IMG/VR virus record: IMGVR_UViG_3300022752_000056
Coordinates: 7,355-71,354 of that record
DNA length: 64,000 nt
Reading direction: 5' to 3' (one strand)
Origin: a virus
The position numbers were made by a program, and so were the translations under genes. Each line of letters starts with the position of its first letter. The stretch's first letter is position 1. Shown here in pieces: positions 9,401-21,600 of the stretch. Below the pieces are notes generated by a model that ran no database searches, had not been told where the DNA came from, and was given only the letters and a program-made list of their open reading frames with translations.

Positions 9401-12400
9401 AAACGGTCCTAATTATACCACTCGTATTCCTATGAATACAACTAAAAATCCTAGTTTAGAAGCATTAAATGCTTATAATTCTTTACAGGCCAACAAAAAC
9501 TTTTTAAAAGCAGAAGTAACAGCATTTATAAATTCTACGGCAGGAACTTTCAATTATAGTAGAGAAAAATGTTATAGAGACGTAGGTATATTAGTAGAAA
9601 ATCTTGCCTATGATGTAGCATTTGGCGGAAATGAAAAGTCTAGAGAAAGTGGACTAGCATATTATGATGGAGTCATTAGTTTAATTCAAGGACAAGAAAC
9701 ACAAACCATTAGTGCCATAGATTATTTAAATGACTTAAGTCAATTAATTATTACAAATTCTACAGCTACAAACCTATTAGGTATGACCGCTACCGCTGCA
9801 CAAGTAATTAACACAGCGTTAATAGGTGGTTCTGTAGCCAGCGCAAGTTTGCAAAATGCAATTAATGTTACAACAAATATTATTGCTAACGGACCAGATG
9901 CAGCACCTGACATTTATAATAGTCCAGGACCAGATGCAGCATTTGTCAGTGCAGAAATTTTAATGCAGGCCAACAGAGCATATTTACAAGAAGACACAAT
10001 TAATTATGTAAACAATTTAGTACAGTCATTTCCTTACAGTGAACGTAAATGCCGTAGAGATACTAAATTAATTGTCGATGCAATCGCTCAAGATTTAGTT
10101 TGGCCAACAGCTGGTATGAGTCAAACAACCTTTGCCGGATTACAATATTATAATCAAGATAACTATACCGGTGATATTGAAGCTCAAATTAGGCCAACAA
10201 TAGATGCCATAGAATATTTAAAAACTTTGAGCACCAAGGTAATTCTTAATACAACCCCAGCAGATGATTTTAGAACTCCTTATCAAGGAACAGTAACTCA
10301 AATAACAACAATTACAGCAGCTACAGTTTATGAAGAAGGCATAGTTTCTAATAATTATGATATTATTCTTACTATATTAAACGGTACAAGAACTGGGTGG
10401 ACAGATAGAATTGTTCCTAATAGCACGGCTAGTCAGATTGTTAGCACAATAAATGCCTTCAATATTTTACAAAAAAATAAACATTATTTAGGTACAGAAG
10501 TAGTAGCCTATGTTAATTCAAGGCATCCTGATTTTACCTACAATCAGGCTAAGTGTTACAGAGATGTAGGATTGATTACCGATGCAGTATGCTATGATTT
10601 ACTATATTCGGGTAATAGACAAAGTATTCAAGCAGGACTATATTATTACGGATTTAATCCAGGTAGTAGTACCATCCATGGTCAAGAAACTCAAACAATT
10701 GCAGCTTATACGAGATTAAAAAATGTTCTAGATGAAATTTTGTTAAATCAAGTTGTAACAGTCACAACAGGAAATGTAGCGAAACAAATTTTAACCTTGC
10801 CTGCCGCTACTATGAGTGAAGTTACAGAAGCACAAAGAATTGTTACAACATTAACAAATATTATTCAAAATGGTCCAGGCGTTGCAACACCTCCTCCAAG
10901 TAATATTGCTTTGACAGCTACAACGGTAACTAGTATATTAAATGCTTACAACATTTTAAAAGCCAATAGAGATTTTATTGCAGATGAAGTTATTGCATTT
11001 GTAGATTGGACGTATAATTTAAATTCATTTAATTATAATGAAGAAAAATGTTACAGAGATGTAGGATTAATTATAGATGCAGTTAGCCAAGATATTTTAT
11101 TAGGTGGAAATGCAAAGAGTTTAGAAGCTGGATTATCTTATTGGAGTGCTGGGTATAATTCAGTTGCAGGACAAGAAACAACAACAACCTATGCTATAAA
11201 CTATGTAAGAGATAAGGTTGTAGATATAATTGCCAATAAACCTGTAACAGCTCAAACTCAAACTAATTTAACTCAAACAATAAACACATTTTTTCAATAC
11301 GGAGAAGAATACGGTCCACAAGAAGCTGTCAAACGAAACTTTAATATTATTACAAATATTATTCAAAATGGTCCAGCAGTGGCTCCACCGGTATATGCAG
11401 GTGGAGGATTATTCAGTTTAACAGGCTTAAACGGGTCTGATGTAAAGATAGCTCCAACAGTTGTCAGTGTAACGACTTTAACAAGTAGTACATACAGAAT
11501 AGGTATTAGCACTGCTACTATTGGTTTTGGTATTAATTCTACCTTGTACATAGGCGATACTACAATTTACCCATATAGAGATAAGGAATGTGATTTATTA
11601 AGTTATCAATATTCTGGAAATACGTCTACCTGGGCACAACGTAAAATTGATCAAGTTGGTTCAATGGGAGGAAGTTTAGTAGATGGTGCTGTAATAAGTG
11701 ATAGAAGTCCTATACAATCATTTGTTTATGACGCATTTACGCAGGTTACGCAGGGTGGTAGAGGTGTTCATATTGTAAATGATGGATATGCACAATTAGT
11801 ATCAGTGTTTACTATTTTCTGTTCAACAGGAGTTGAGGTAGAAAGAGGCGGTATCGCTTCTATTGTTAACAGTAACGCAAACTTTGGTAATATTTGTTTA
11901 CAGGCACGAGGATATGGTAAACGTAAGTTTAGCGGGCATGTTTATAATCCTATAAACAAAGCCTATCCAGAAAGTCCTAACCCAGCATTAGCAGTAACGT
12001 TCCCTGATAGTCAGTTCCTAGATCAATATTATCCTACTGGTTACTGGCCCAATAATTCGCAAATTAGAGTATTTGTACCAGATCCAGAAGATAGGCCTCA
12101 TATTTCTTTAGTAATGGAAGTTGTTCCACCAGAACAAATTAGAGATTATACAGGTGCATTGGTACCACAGGTTAACGAACAAGGATTCCCAGGTTTCTTA
12201 AATGCCACAGTGAATACCTCTACCCTAACCACTGGTAGTATCTATATTACAGGAGTTAATACCGATGGGGTCGCTGTAGGTAATAATATCTATATTAGAG
12301 ATCAATATGGAAGCACCACAGGAAGTAATGGGCTAAGTTATGCACCTACAGGATGTATTGTAACTAAAGTTGATTATCAAAAAATTACATTGAACAAAGC

Positions 12401-13454
12401 ATTAACCAGTGGAGGTGGTGATGTGACAGTAGATGAATTCTTTGACGTATTTGTTTGCGGTAATTCATATTATACTGTTTTAAGTAGCGAAGCTGGGGAT
12501 AATCCTAAATATAATAGACTAGGTATTCCTATACCACTAGGTGTAAACATTTTAAGCACTCAGTCAACTGGAATCGTAGCAGGGGGTGCCACACAACTTG
12601 CGGCACACATTGGTGCAATCAATAGATTAGCAACTGCAACACTACAAGTGATTGTTAATACTCCAATTAGTATTTCAGCAGGAAACACTTCTACACAAAC
12701 TATTAATAATCTTGTACAAGGGGGAGGCGAAGCATCGGCCTTTATTGCAGAAAGATTTGGTAATATTGTAAGCATTGTTAGTGCTGCGAATCTAACTGCT
12801 GCTGAAAATGTAATTAAGCCTGCTCAACGTACAAAAACTGGACCTACTATTCCTGGTGCAGGCAGTGCCATAGAATTAATACAAAACAACATAGAATTCT
12901 TAGCAGATGAAATTAGTGCTTGGGTCAAAAATACATATGGATTTGTACCTGATGTAAATTATGATGACTACAAGTGTCAGAGAGATGTAAAACTTATACT
13001 ACAAAGACTTATCTATGATATAGAAACAGGTGGTAGATATAACTGTGTAATGACTGGATTAAGTTATTGGAACCGAGCAAACACTTACTACATTGTTACT
13101 TTAGGAGAAAATGTAACAAGAACAGATTTGTTCCCAGATGGCTCAACTGTTAATTTCTATCAGCGCAGTTATATGAGTGCATCAGGATATGTATTTGAAT
13201 ATGTAGGCGCTGGTATTGATTACGGAGCACTACCGCAACGAGGTGTAGCAGATCCTAATCAGGGTAAAGAAGTTGTCATGTTAGATAGCGGTAAAGTATT
13301 CTTTACAAGTACAGATCAAAACGGTGATTTTAGAATTGGTCCGCAGCTTGTAATTAGTCAAGCTACTGGTGTATTAAGCGGAAGAACATTTACAAGATCA
13401 TTATTTGCTAACATGACACCATTTATATTAGCTATTGAAGGCGGAGGCCTATAA
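6492..13454 (+). CDS. Giant virion structural protein (beta-helix-like frame with seven helical C-x-R-D repeats)
   Basis: 2320 aa. VLYVTVDGNDTNDG...ACRTIGGA is a typical start of right-handed beta-helix domains; YNxxKCxRDVGLIVDAV repeats; heads the fibre gene cluster. Confidence 0.8.
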   Translation: MAKTFYSNTPTGYTGATPVSSTASSSTFVTDISENYFLNVKKVATVKANDLIITAITNTNILTGQRNVINVQENNFQNEINQITGKVESFIGNNVDIIVGGVGTYQYANGYGVNVLGDASFTVTNRINLLSTLGVTVGSSTNTEVKFIGRVIEDFLPKYDNTSSLGNASLAWSTVTTYDLDSLGSANVDNPFGITYNPANRFGMEQGYTLNQTIDQRKAGAAYFAGGVGIEKDLNVGGNIYGRISFAITSTNLIITATNADIEYSPVFSLSTGQQYLFIDQEAYFSPAQNLQGLKYNPQYGRLRVERVNVIKTDPADLEQNDLDYETEGNGLNSNPGRAALKVAGGVIIQNNLIVQNKTTVTDLTIADNLTAALRVNGGVSVGLNAYVKDELESDELVPHSNNTGKIGFYDSSTSTRAWSEGYINEIYTRIIGSSSSTIEIRPGNLQEPIPQNPLTEIYGNIRVRGANPVGTAPVVTNVLYVTVDGNDTNDGRAQDPSRACRTIGGAVRSPYYQSGTQIKVSAGFYLEDNPIRLKPYTSIMGSDIRTTFIEPINKTQDLFHVESGCYIAFCTFLNGRSGLLEGDYASEFNRGAYCTAFPPLTGEDRIDLFHSPYIQNCTNQSGPWLKDGTMFVPNQTVQIPRAVGTGTWVKNTTTIVVKVSTGTISPGMSINAGQQNPGFFNARTLMLANKPFIQEQVVAYVDKTFNTGTFTYNATKCKRDIGLIVDSIGLDLLYNTESDSRFSGLQYYGQGNISFPGELTTTTQAFSYLGQLIRNTAVSVSGFVAYGTIIDTLFSTLTNILSNPSALNNITDKIVNSNNGLPSNTASYVTTYNGILANRETYKTQVISWIQTNHPAHVYNSSTCARDVGYVVDSVAFDFLHGGTKQTIKSGIYYYNYVSTATTTNDIPQTFAAYNYIKRLVPYIVKGQQVLPSTLYQNTISQVTAVLKAGEYEAEQLQNRIDVITGILRNGPNYTTRIPMNTTKNPSLEALNAYNSLQANKNFLKAEVTAFINSTAGTFNYSREKCYRDVGILVENLAYDVAFGGNEKSRESGLAYYDGVISLIQGQETQTISAIDYLNDLSQLIITNSTATNLLGMTATAAQVINTALIGGSVASASLQNAINVTTNIIANGPDAAPDIYNSPGPDAAFVSAEILMQANRAYLQEDTINYVNNLVQSFPYSERKCRRDTKLIVDAIAQDLVWPTAGMSQTTFAGLQYYNQDNYTGDIEAQIRPTIDAIEYLKTLSTKVILNTTPADDFRTPYQGTVTQITTITAATVYEEGIVSNNYDIILTILNGTRTGWTDRIVPNSTASQIVSTINAFNILQKNKHYLGTEVVAYVNSRHPDFTYNQAKCYRDVGLITDAVCYDLLYSGNRQSIQAGLYYYGFNPGSSTIHGQETQTIAAYTRLKNVLDEILLNQVVTVTTGNVAKQILTLPAATMSEVTEAQRIVTTLTNIIQNGPGVATPPPSNIALTATTVTSILNAYNILKANRDFIADEVIAFVDWTYNLNSFNYNEEKCYRDVGLIIDAVSQDILLGGNAKSLEAGLSYWSAGYNSVAGQETTTTYAINYVRDKVVDIIANKPVTAQTQTNLTQTINTFFQYGEEYGPQEAVKRNFNIITNIIQNGPAVAPPVYAGGGLFSLTGLNGSDVKIAPTVVSVTTLTSSTYRIGISTATIGFGINSTLYIGDTTIYPYRDKECDLLSYQYSGNTSTWAQRKIDQVGSMGGSLVDGAVISDRSPIQSFVYDAFTQVTQGGRGVHIVNDGYAQLVSVFTIFCSTGVEVERGGIASIVNSNANFGNICLQARGYGKRKFSGHVYNPINKAYPESPNPALAVTFPDSQFLDQYYPTGYWPNNSQIRVFVPDPEDRPHISLVMEVVPPEQIRDYTGALVPQVNEQGFPGFLNATVNTSTLTTGSIYITGVNTDGVAVGNNIYIRDQYGSTTGSNGLSYAPTGCIVTKVDYQKITLNKALTSGGGDVTVDEFFDVFVCGNSYYTVLSSEAGDNPKYNRLGIPIPLGVNILSTQSTGIVAGGATQLAAHIGAINRLATATLQVIVNTPISISAGNTSTQTINNLVQGGGEASAFIAERFGNIVSIVSAANLTAAENVIKPAQRTKTGPTIPGAGSAIELIQNNIEFLADEISAWVKNTYGFVPDVNYDDYKCQRDVKLILQRLIYDIETGGRYNCVMTGLSYWNRANTYYIVTLGENVTRTDLFPDGSTVNFYQRSYMSASGYVFEYVGAGIDYGALPQRGVADPNQGKEVVMLDSGKVFFTSTDQNGDFRIGPQLVISQATGVLSGRTFTRSLFANMTPFILAIEGGGL

Positions 13455-13463
13455 GGAAAGATT

Positions 13464-13859
13464 ATGGCATTAATACCATTAAATTCGTTTAAAACAAAAA
13501 CAAAAATATTAACTGCATTTACAGCAACCACTGCAACTGTAAATGCCTACGTAGCTCCTATTGGTGTAACCAGTATTGTACTAATGGCACAGATAGCGAA
13601 TGTTACGACCGGTACACAGACTGTCACTGTAGTTCATTCAAGGAATAGACCTATTCTTGCAGATGCTCAAGGACAAGGCGCACAACCTGTAGGTGTTCAA
13701 ACTTTTTTAGTAAAAGATTTTTCAATTCCACAAAACGATGCAGGATCAGTGATAACAGGAAAATTAATTTTAGAACAACTAGACAGTATTAAGGCCTGGG
13801 CCAGCACAACTGGTACATTACAACTTACACTAAGTATACTAGAAACAGCCAATAATTAA
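13464..13859 (+). CDS. Small virion structural protein
   Basis: 131 aa, beta-rich, in operon with the giant protein. Confidence 0.7.
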   Translation: MALIPLNSFKTKTKILTAFTATTATVNAYVAPIGVTSIVLMAQIANVTTGTQTVTVVHSRNRPILADAQGQGAQPVGVQTFLVKDFSIPQNDAGSVITGKLILEQLDSIKAWASTTGTLQLTLSILETANN

Positions 13860-13870
13860 TAGAGAATGAT

Positions 13871-15595
13871 ATGCCAAATTTATTAAGTGGAAGAACGCTA
13901 AGATCGGGAGGAAGTGGTGAATTTCTTAAGTTATCAGAAGCTCAACCACAATTACCACCTACTGCTTCTACTTTGACAGGATTTACTGTTGTAACAAATG
14001 ATTTGTTACAAACAAGTTATAAAAGCTCTTTAGGGTTTATAGAATTTACCAATAGTGCTATGTATAGCGCTTTACCTGCCGGAAATATTAGGATTTTAAA
14101 TACCGGCGGATCGGGTATCATATCAGTAAGTACCACCACTGGTTTATTAGTAGTAGATGGAGATGTTGGTGTTGGTGGTACAATGACCATAGGTAAAGAT
14201 ATCACTGTTAATGGTATTACTGTAGGTCAAGGATATCAAGGACTCAACAATATTGTTTTACGAGGTACTGCTAGCCCTCAAATTAATGCGTTTGAAAACG
14301 GCCAAGAAAGTATTGCTATTGGATATGACGTCTTAAAAGGTTTACAAACTTCTTATAAAAACATAGCAATTGGTAGATATGCCTTGAGTTCAGGGACTAA
14401 TCTTAGTAATAATATTGCTATAGGTGATAGTGCGTTACAACAAATAGGTGTATTACAGGTTGAATTTAGGGCGAATATAACAGGAATTTCTTTAGGTACT
14501 ATTACAAATATTACTAGTCCTGGATATAATATACCTTCTGGTACAAGAATACAAATTAATAATGTTGTAGGAACTACGCAACTTAATGGAAATTATTATT
14601 ATTTAGGAACATTAACCAATAATAGTTTTGTATTATACCAAGATGCAGGATTAAGTGTTTATACTAACAGTACAGGCTTTGGTTCTTATGTATCAGGCGG
14701 TACTGTTTCTAAAGTATTAGAAAATGATAATAATACGGCATTAGGAAATAGTGCCGGAATTATATTAAAAGACGGAAGTCAAAATGTTTTCATAGGACAT
14801 GAGGCAGGCATATCATTCACAACAGGTAGTAATAATATTATCATAGGATCTGGTTCTACAAGTTACTTGATTACAGGATCTGGTATAATTAGCATAGGCG
14901 GGGATAATATTGTTAATGGGTTAAATGATCAAGTTAACATTGGTAGTGTATTTTATTATGATGGTGATGGATACGCAACAATTAATGCTGAGACTACATT
15001 AGGATTAGGTAGCCATGCTCAAATCTTATCTACCGGTACTTTTACTAGTACAAGCACGGTAACAGGAGGTGCGGTGGTAGTTGGTGGTATTTTTGTATAT
15101 GATAATGCCATTGTAGGTACTGAACTTAATGTTTTAGGTGTTGGTACAAGCACATTTGCAACATCTGTTCAAATTCAGAACACGACACAATCAGTTTCAA
15201 GTCAAACTGGTGCATTAGTAGTCCAAGGCGGATTATCTGTAAAGAAAAGAATACGGCTTCCTCAGGCTGTTATGGAATCTAGTCAAACACTTGTTTCTAC
15301 CACAGCAAGTACAATAATAGATACCTTTCAAAATACAGAATTTAGAAGTGCTGAATATCTAATTCAAATAGACGAAGGTATAGGTGCTTCGTCAGATTTT
15401 GAATTAAGAAAAATTCTTCTTATAGCAGATAATGCTGGAGCGGTCTGGGCAACTGAATTTGGTGTAGTAACATCCGGAAGTTACCTAGGAAATTTCACTG
15501 CTGCTTACACAGGCACAACAGTTAGTTTATATTTTACTGCATTTACAACCTCTTCTAAAACTGTTAAAGTTTTCAGGACTGGAATTACGGCTTAA
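13871..15595 (+). CDS. Tail fibre/baseplate-associated structural protein
   Basis: NIAIGxxAL/NVFIGxxAG beta-roll repeats and TGALVVxGG fibre motifs; C-terminal IDTF...FRSAEYLIQI domain familiar from large myovirus structural proteins. Confidence 0.7.
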   Translation: MPNLLSGRTLRSGGSGEFLKLSEAQPQLPPTASTLTGFTVVTNDLLQTSYKSSLGFIEFTNSAMYSALPAGNIRILNTGGSGIISVSTTTGLLVVDGDVGVGGTMTIGKDITVNGITVGQGYQGLNNIVLRGTASPQINAFENGQESIAIGYDVLKGLQTSYKNIAIGRYALSSGTNLSNNIAIGDSALQQIGVLQVEFRANITGISLGTITNITSPGYNIPSGTRIQINNVVGTTQLNGNYYYLGTLTNNSFVLYQDAGLSVYTNSTGFGSYVSGGTVSKVLENDNNTALGNSAGIILKDGSQNVFIGHEAGISFTTGSNNIIIGSGSTSYLITGSGIISIGGDNIVNGLNDQVNIGSVFYYDGDGYATINAETTLGLGSHAQILSTGTFTSTSTVTGGAVVVGGIFVYDNAIVGTELNVLGVGTSTFATSVQIQNTTQSVSSQTGALVVQGGLSVKKRIRLPQAVMESSQTLVSTTASTIIDTFQNTEFRSAEYLIQIDEGIGASSDFELRKILLIADNAGAVWATEFGVVTSGSYLGNFTAAYTGTTVSLYFTAFTTSSKTVKVFRTGITA

Positions 15596-15607
15596 AGGTG
15601 AACTGAG

Positions 15608-18600
15608 ATGTCATTGACTGAGATCTCAAGAGACTTTTTTGTTAATCGTGGATTAACAACTCTTGGTACTAACATTGTAACATCTAGTACAGGTAATTCT
15701 GGAACACTACAAGTAGAAGGTGGTGCGGCTGTAAAATTAAATCTAATTGTGGGGTCAACTGCTACAGTTTATGGTCCCACAACAATACTAGATTTTACCA
15801 GCGCAACGTCTACACTTTCCGGAGCTTTAACAGTAGCAGGTGGAGTTGCTATAGGGCAAGATTTATATGTAGGTGGTATAATTTATGGAACTATAGCAGC
15901 TGGTCAAGGTGCAATAACAACTAATCAAGCATCTTCCCCCCAATCTTATTACCTTACTTTTGTAGATAGTAATAATCCAAGTCCGGCCGGAGAACTTTTA
16001 TATACAAGTTCTACAATCAACTTTAATCCAGGAGTTGGTTTAACAATTAATAATTTGACCGAGGCTGTTTCTACTCAAAGCGGTGCTTTTATTGTATCAG
16101 GCGGAGCAGGTGTAGGAAAAGATTTATATGTAGGCGGTAATCTTAATGTAACTGGAATAATATCCGGTGTAGCCGCTACATTTGCTAGTACAGCTAGTCA
16201 AGTTAATACAATTAGAAATTCTAACAATAGCATATATTATCTTACGTTTGTTGACACAAACAATGCTATTTCTGCCTCTGAATTGGTTTATACCAGTGCG
16301 ACAATTTCATTTAATCCTAACACAGGACTATCTATATCAAATAACACCGCCGCTGTATCATCTACAACTGGAGCATTAGTTGTCACTGGAGGTGCAGCAA
16401 TAGGCCAAACTTTAAGAATAGCAGGTCCAACACAATCTTCATCTTCGTTAACAGGGGCATTAATAGTCGCGGGCGGTGCAGGTATTGGTGGTAATTTATA
16501 TGTAGGTGGAGAGATATTTGCTAATAAACTTACTATACAATTAACCACAGTTACTACAACATTAATCGAAACTGATGATATTCTAAAAACAACTAATGTA
16601 ACAAGCGCAACTTCTACACAAACTGGCGCACTACAGGTGTCGGGCGGTGCCGGTATAGGACAAAATCTTTATGTAGGAGGTGACTTATTTGTAAGCAGAA
16701 TAAGAACAACATTAACAACAAATTCTTTTTCAACCACAACCGGAGAAATAGTTACACAAGGAGGTATAGGTGTTGGTCAAAATCTAAATGTTGGTCAAAA
16801 TCTTACTGTTACTCAAAATTTATTTGTAGGCCAAAACCAATCTATAATAGGTAGTCTACAAGTAGGTGGTAGATTTACAGCATCAGGTATAACAAATATT
16901 ACAAATACAACTGCTGCTACAAGTACATTATCCGGAGCACTTGTTATTTCCGGTGGAGTAGGTATAGGACAAGATTTATGGGTAGCAGGAGATATATATT
17001 CTAATAGATTAATAGTTCAATATACAACTATTACCACAGTTTCTATTCAAACAGATGATATTATAAGAACTTCAAACACTACATCCTCTATCTCATCTAC
17101 AACTGGAGCAATTGTATCATTAGGTGGAATAGGTATAGGAGAAAATTTATTTGTAGGTGGTAAGTTAAGTGTTTCAGGACTTACCACAATAACAAATATT
17201 ACCAGTGCTACAAGTACAACTACAGGCGCATTACAGGTATTAGGTGGTGTAGGAGTACAGGGCGATGTCTATGCAAGAAACTTATATAGTAATGGCGTTC
17301 TGGTAGGTGCAGGAACTGTTGGCAATCCATATTCTTTAGTTTTTACTTTAACTAATTTAACACTGTCTACTAGTCCTTCAACAGGAGCATTACAGATAAG
17401 AGGTGGAGTAGGTATTGAACAAAACCTTTATGTAGGCGGACAGGTAAACATAACAGATAGTACCGAATCAGTGTCAACTATTACAGGGGCACTGGTAGTT
17501 GCAGGCGGCGTAGGAATAGGAAAAAATATAAATGTTGGTGGTGGAGCAAGAATACAAGGAAGATTTACTACATCTGGTATTGCAAATATATTAAACACAA
17601 CTGCTTCAACTTCTACCCAAACTGGTGCGTTAGTGGTTTCAGGAGGCGTCGGTATTGGTCAAGATCTATATGTAGGTGGAGACATCTATGCTAACAAACT
17701 TACTATACAATTAACAACAATTACAACAACATTTGTAATAACAGATGACGTAATTCAAACAATTAATACAAGTTCTTCATTATCAACTACCACAGGTGCA
17801 TTGGTCATAGCAGGCGGAGCAGGTATAGGTCAAAATTTAAATGTAGGTAACGATCTCACAGCAAAGACCTTAAGACTTTCTAGCAGATTTACCAGTACAG
17901 ATGGTATAACGATTACTACAACCACAGCAGCAACTTCTACTCTAACAGGTGCATTAATTGTGGCTGGAGGTGTCGGTATTGGACAAGATCTTTACGTAGG
18001 TGGAGATATATATTCAAATAAATTAGTTGTACAATATACCACGGTCACAACTACATTAATTCAAACAGACGATGTAATTCAAACTTCAAATACAACATCT
18101 GCTATTTCTACACAGACAGGTGCATTAGTTGTCTCGGGAGGCGTTGGTATAGGCGGAAATCTTCATGTGGGAGGACAAATAGTCGGCGCCATAAGTGCTA
18201 CCGCAGCAACAGCTACTACATTGCTAACCTATGGAAACCCATTAAACACGTTATTTTATCCTACATTCGTTGATAGTAATAATTCATCTCCTACTGCTGA
18301 AAATTATTATACCAGTGCAACTTTATCATTTAACCCTAATGTAGGATTGGCCATAGGTTCACCAACTGCACCAACAGCCATGTTAGACGTAAATGGTGGT
18401 GTAAGAATTAGTAATTTAACCACAATAGGTAACACCTTAAATGTTTTAGGCAACGCACAGGCATTTTCTACATTATCTGGTGCTATAACAGTTCCGTTTG
18501 GTGGTATAGGGGTAGGTGGTAATTTAATTGTAGGAGGAAGTTCGCAGATACTAGGCAAACTTACAGTTACAAATACAATGATTGTTTTAGATACGACTAA

Positions 18601-21600
18601 TTCAATCAATACTGTAACAGGTGCGTTTGTTTTAGCCGGCGGTGCAGGTATAGGTCAAAATCTTTATGTCGGTGGCGGATTAAGAGTCACAGATGGATTT
18701 ACTGCCAGCGGAATTATTAATTTTTTAAATTCTACAAATTCTACCAGCACAAATACAGGAGCAATGACATTATCAGGTGGCGCTGGTATAGGACAAAATT
18801 TATACGTAGGAGGATTATTAAATGTTGTAGGTAATATTACTTCTAATGGTTCGATCAGTGCAAATTCTTTTGTCGGTAGTATTAATACTGCTTCAAATTT
18901 AGCAGGAGGTTCTTCCGGTCAAATACCATATCAAACAGGACCGGGCGTTACTGCATTTTTTAATGTAGGAAGTGCAGGAAGTATATTAGTTAGTAATGGG
19001 GCGGTAGCTCCTACTTTTAACAACACTCTTACACTTACTAGTCTTAATCCTGCCTCATCTACTAATTCGGGAGCTTTACAGGTAGTCGGTGGTGCTGGTA
19101 TAGGCGGTAGTTTATTTGTTGGTAATAGTGCTACTGTATTCAGCACAGCAGCAAGTACTACAACATTAGCAGGTAATGCAGTTTATATTGCAGGTGGACT
19201 AGGTGTAGAAAAATCTATATATGTAAAAGGTCCTGCTGTATTTCAAGATGATGTAATATTTGCAGGTACAACGACCTATGTTTATTCTACACAAACTGTT
19301 TTTACAGACAATATTGTAAATTTACATATTCCAAACGCAGGAGACCCTTATAATCATGTTTGGACAGTAGATGATGGAAAAGATATAGGACACATTTTTC
19401 ATTATTATGATACCGCAGACAAAGATGCGTTTCTCGGACTTGCGAAAGATTCTAGATATTTAGAATGGTATAGTGATGGTACGGAATCAGGTGCTATATT
19501 TACAGGAACAACCTACGGAATTTTTAAAACAGGCGGTGTAATCTTAGTAAATTCTACTGCAAGCTCAAACACCGCAACAGGGGCATTGACTGTAGTAGGT
19601 GGGGTAGGCATCGGAGGAGCTCTATGGGTAGGCACAACTAGTTTTATTAACGGTGCTCAAATATTAACTTCGGCCACTGTGAACAGCTTTGTAACAGCTG
19701 GTGTTACATCTTTAACAGCAGGAACAGATACTGCGGTAAGTGCAGCGTTAGGATCAGTAGTGGTATGGAACACTTCAACATTACAAAGTGTAACAAATCG
19801 AGGATCGTCTACAAACAATGCAATTAATATAACGAATACTACTCTAAGTGTTTCTACATTAACCGGAGCATTGGTTGTTGCAGGCGGTGTAGGTATAGGA
19901 CAAAATACATATATAGGCGGTGGCCTGCAGGTAACAGATAGATTTACTGCTACTAGTATTTCTAATTTTACAGATACTACCAATGCGACTAGTACGACCA
20001 CCGGAGCATTAGTTGTCTCAGGTGGCGCAGGCATTGGACAGAATTTATGGGTTGGCGGTACATTCGCCGCATCTGGAATTACAACATTACCAAATACAAC
20101 AAATGCTTCCTCAACGACATCCGGTTCACTAAGAGTAGCAGGCGGTGTAGGAATTGCACAAAATTTATTTGTAGGTAACAATTTACAGGTTTTTGGAATC
20201 ACAACAATTACCAATACTTCTAACGCAACTAATACACAAAGTGGTGCATTACAAGTATATGGAGGAGTTGGAATTGGACAAAATCTATATGTAGGTGGTA
20301 CAATAGTTTCAAATGGTTCAACTGTTTTAACGTCCGCAACTGGCGGAGTTACTAGTCCATTCGCTGGAATATTTACAATAACAAATACAACTAATGCTGT
20401 TTCTACTCAGACAGGTGCTCTACAAGTATATGGAGGGGTTGGAATTGGACAAAATCTATATGTAGGCAGCGGCACAAATATTACCGGAATTACCACAATT
20501 ACAAATACAACAAATGCCACTAGCACTACTACAGGAGCATTACAGGTTGTAGGTGGTGCCGGTATTCAAGGCAATTTACATGTAGGCGGAGACATTGTAG
20601 CCAACAGATTAATTATTGAATTAACCACAATAACCACGCAGACTATACAAACTGATGATATTATTCAAACTACAAATTCATCAAATGCTACCAGCACAAC
20701 TACTGGCGCTTTGAGAATAACAGGAGGTGCGGGACTAGGTGGTAATCTATATATCGGCGGAAATCTAAATGTAGTAGGAACTATTAGCGGAACATTATCT
20801 GGAAGTATTAATACTGCCACAAATCTAGCAGGTGGGACAGCAGGACAACTATTATATCAGACCGGACCAGGAGCGACAGCATTTACAGGTCCGGGAACTG
20901 CGGGAAATGTTTTAGTAAGTAATGGTACTTCTGCCCCAACTTATAATAATACGTTAACACTTGGCTCAACCACAAATGCAACGTCAACTCAAACAGGTGC
21001 ATTACAGGTTGTAGGTGGAGCAGGTATAGGACAAAATTTATATGTAGGTGGCACGTTAAATGTTGGTGGAGCTTCCGGCGGTATTATAACTGGACTTACT
21101 GGGCTTACCTCAACGAATATTGTAGTAAGTGGATTAAACAACTCTACATCAACTGTAACAGGTGCTTTACAAGTTGTAGGTGGAGCAGGTATAGGTCTTA
21201 ACCTTTATGTAGGCGGCATTACCATGCTTGCTGGTCTTACAACAGTGACAAATACCACAGCAGCAACGTCAACTAATTCTGGGGCATTACAGATATTAGG
21301 TGGAGTTGGTATAGGTGGTAGTGTATATGCTGGTAGTTTCTTTAGTTCAGGTTCACAAGTATTGACCACTGCATCAGGGGTAGCTTCAATTACAGCAGGT
21401 ACAGATACTGCTATAAGCACAACTACTGGAGCTGTTGTAATTTGGAATACATCAACATTACAAAGTATAACAAATAGAGGATCAACAACTACCAATGCTG
21501 TAAATATAACTAATACCGCAGCCAGTACTTCTACAACCACAGGAGCCTTACTTGTTAATGGGGGAGCTGGAATAAGAGACAGTGTTTATGTAGGCAACAG

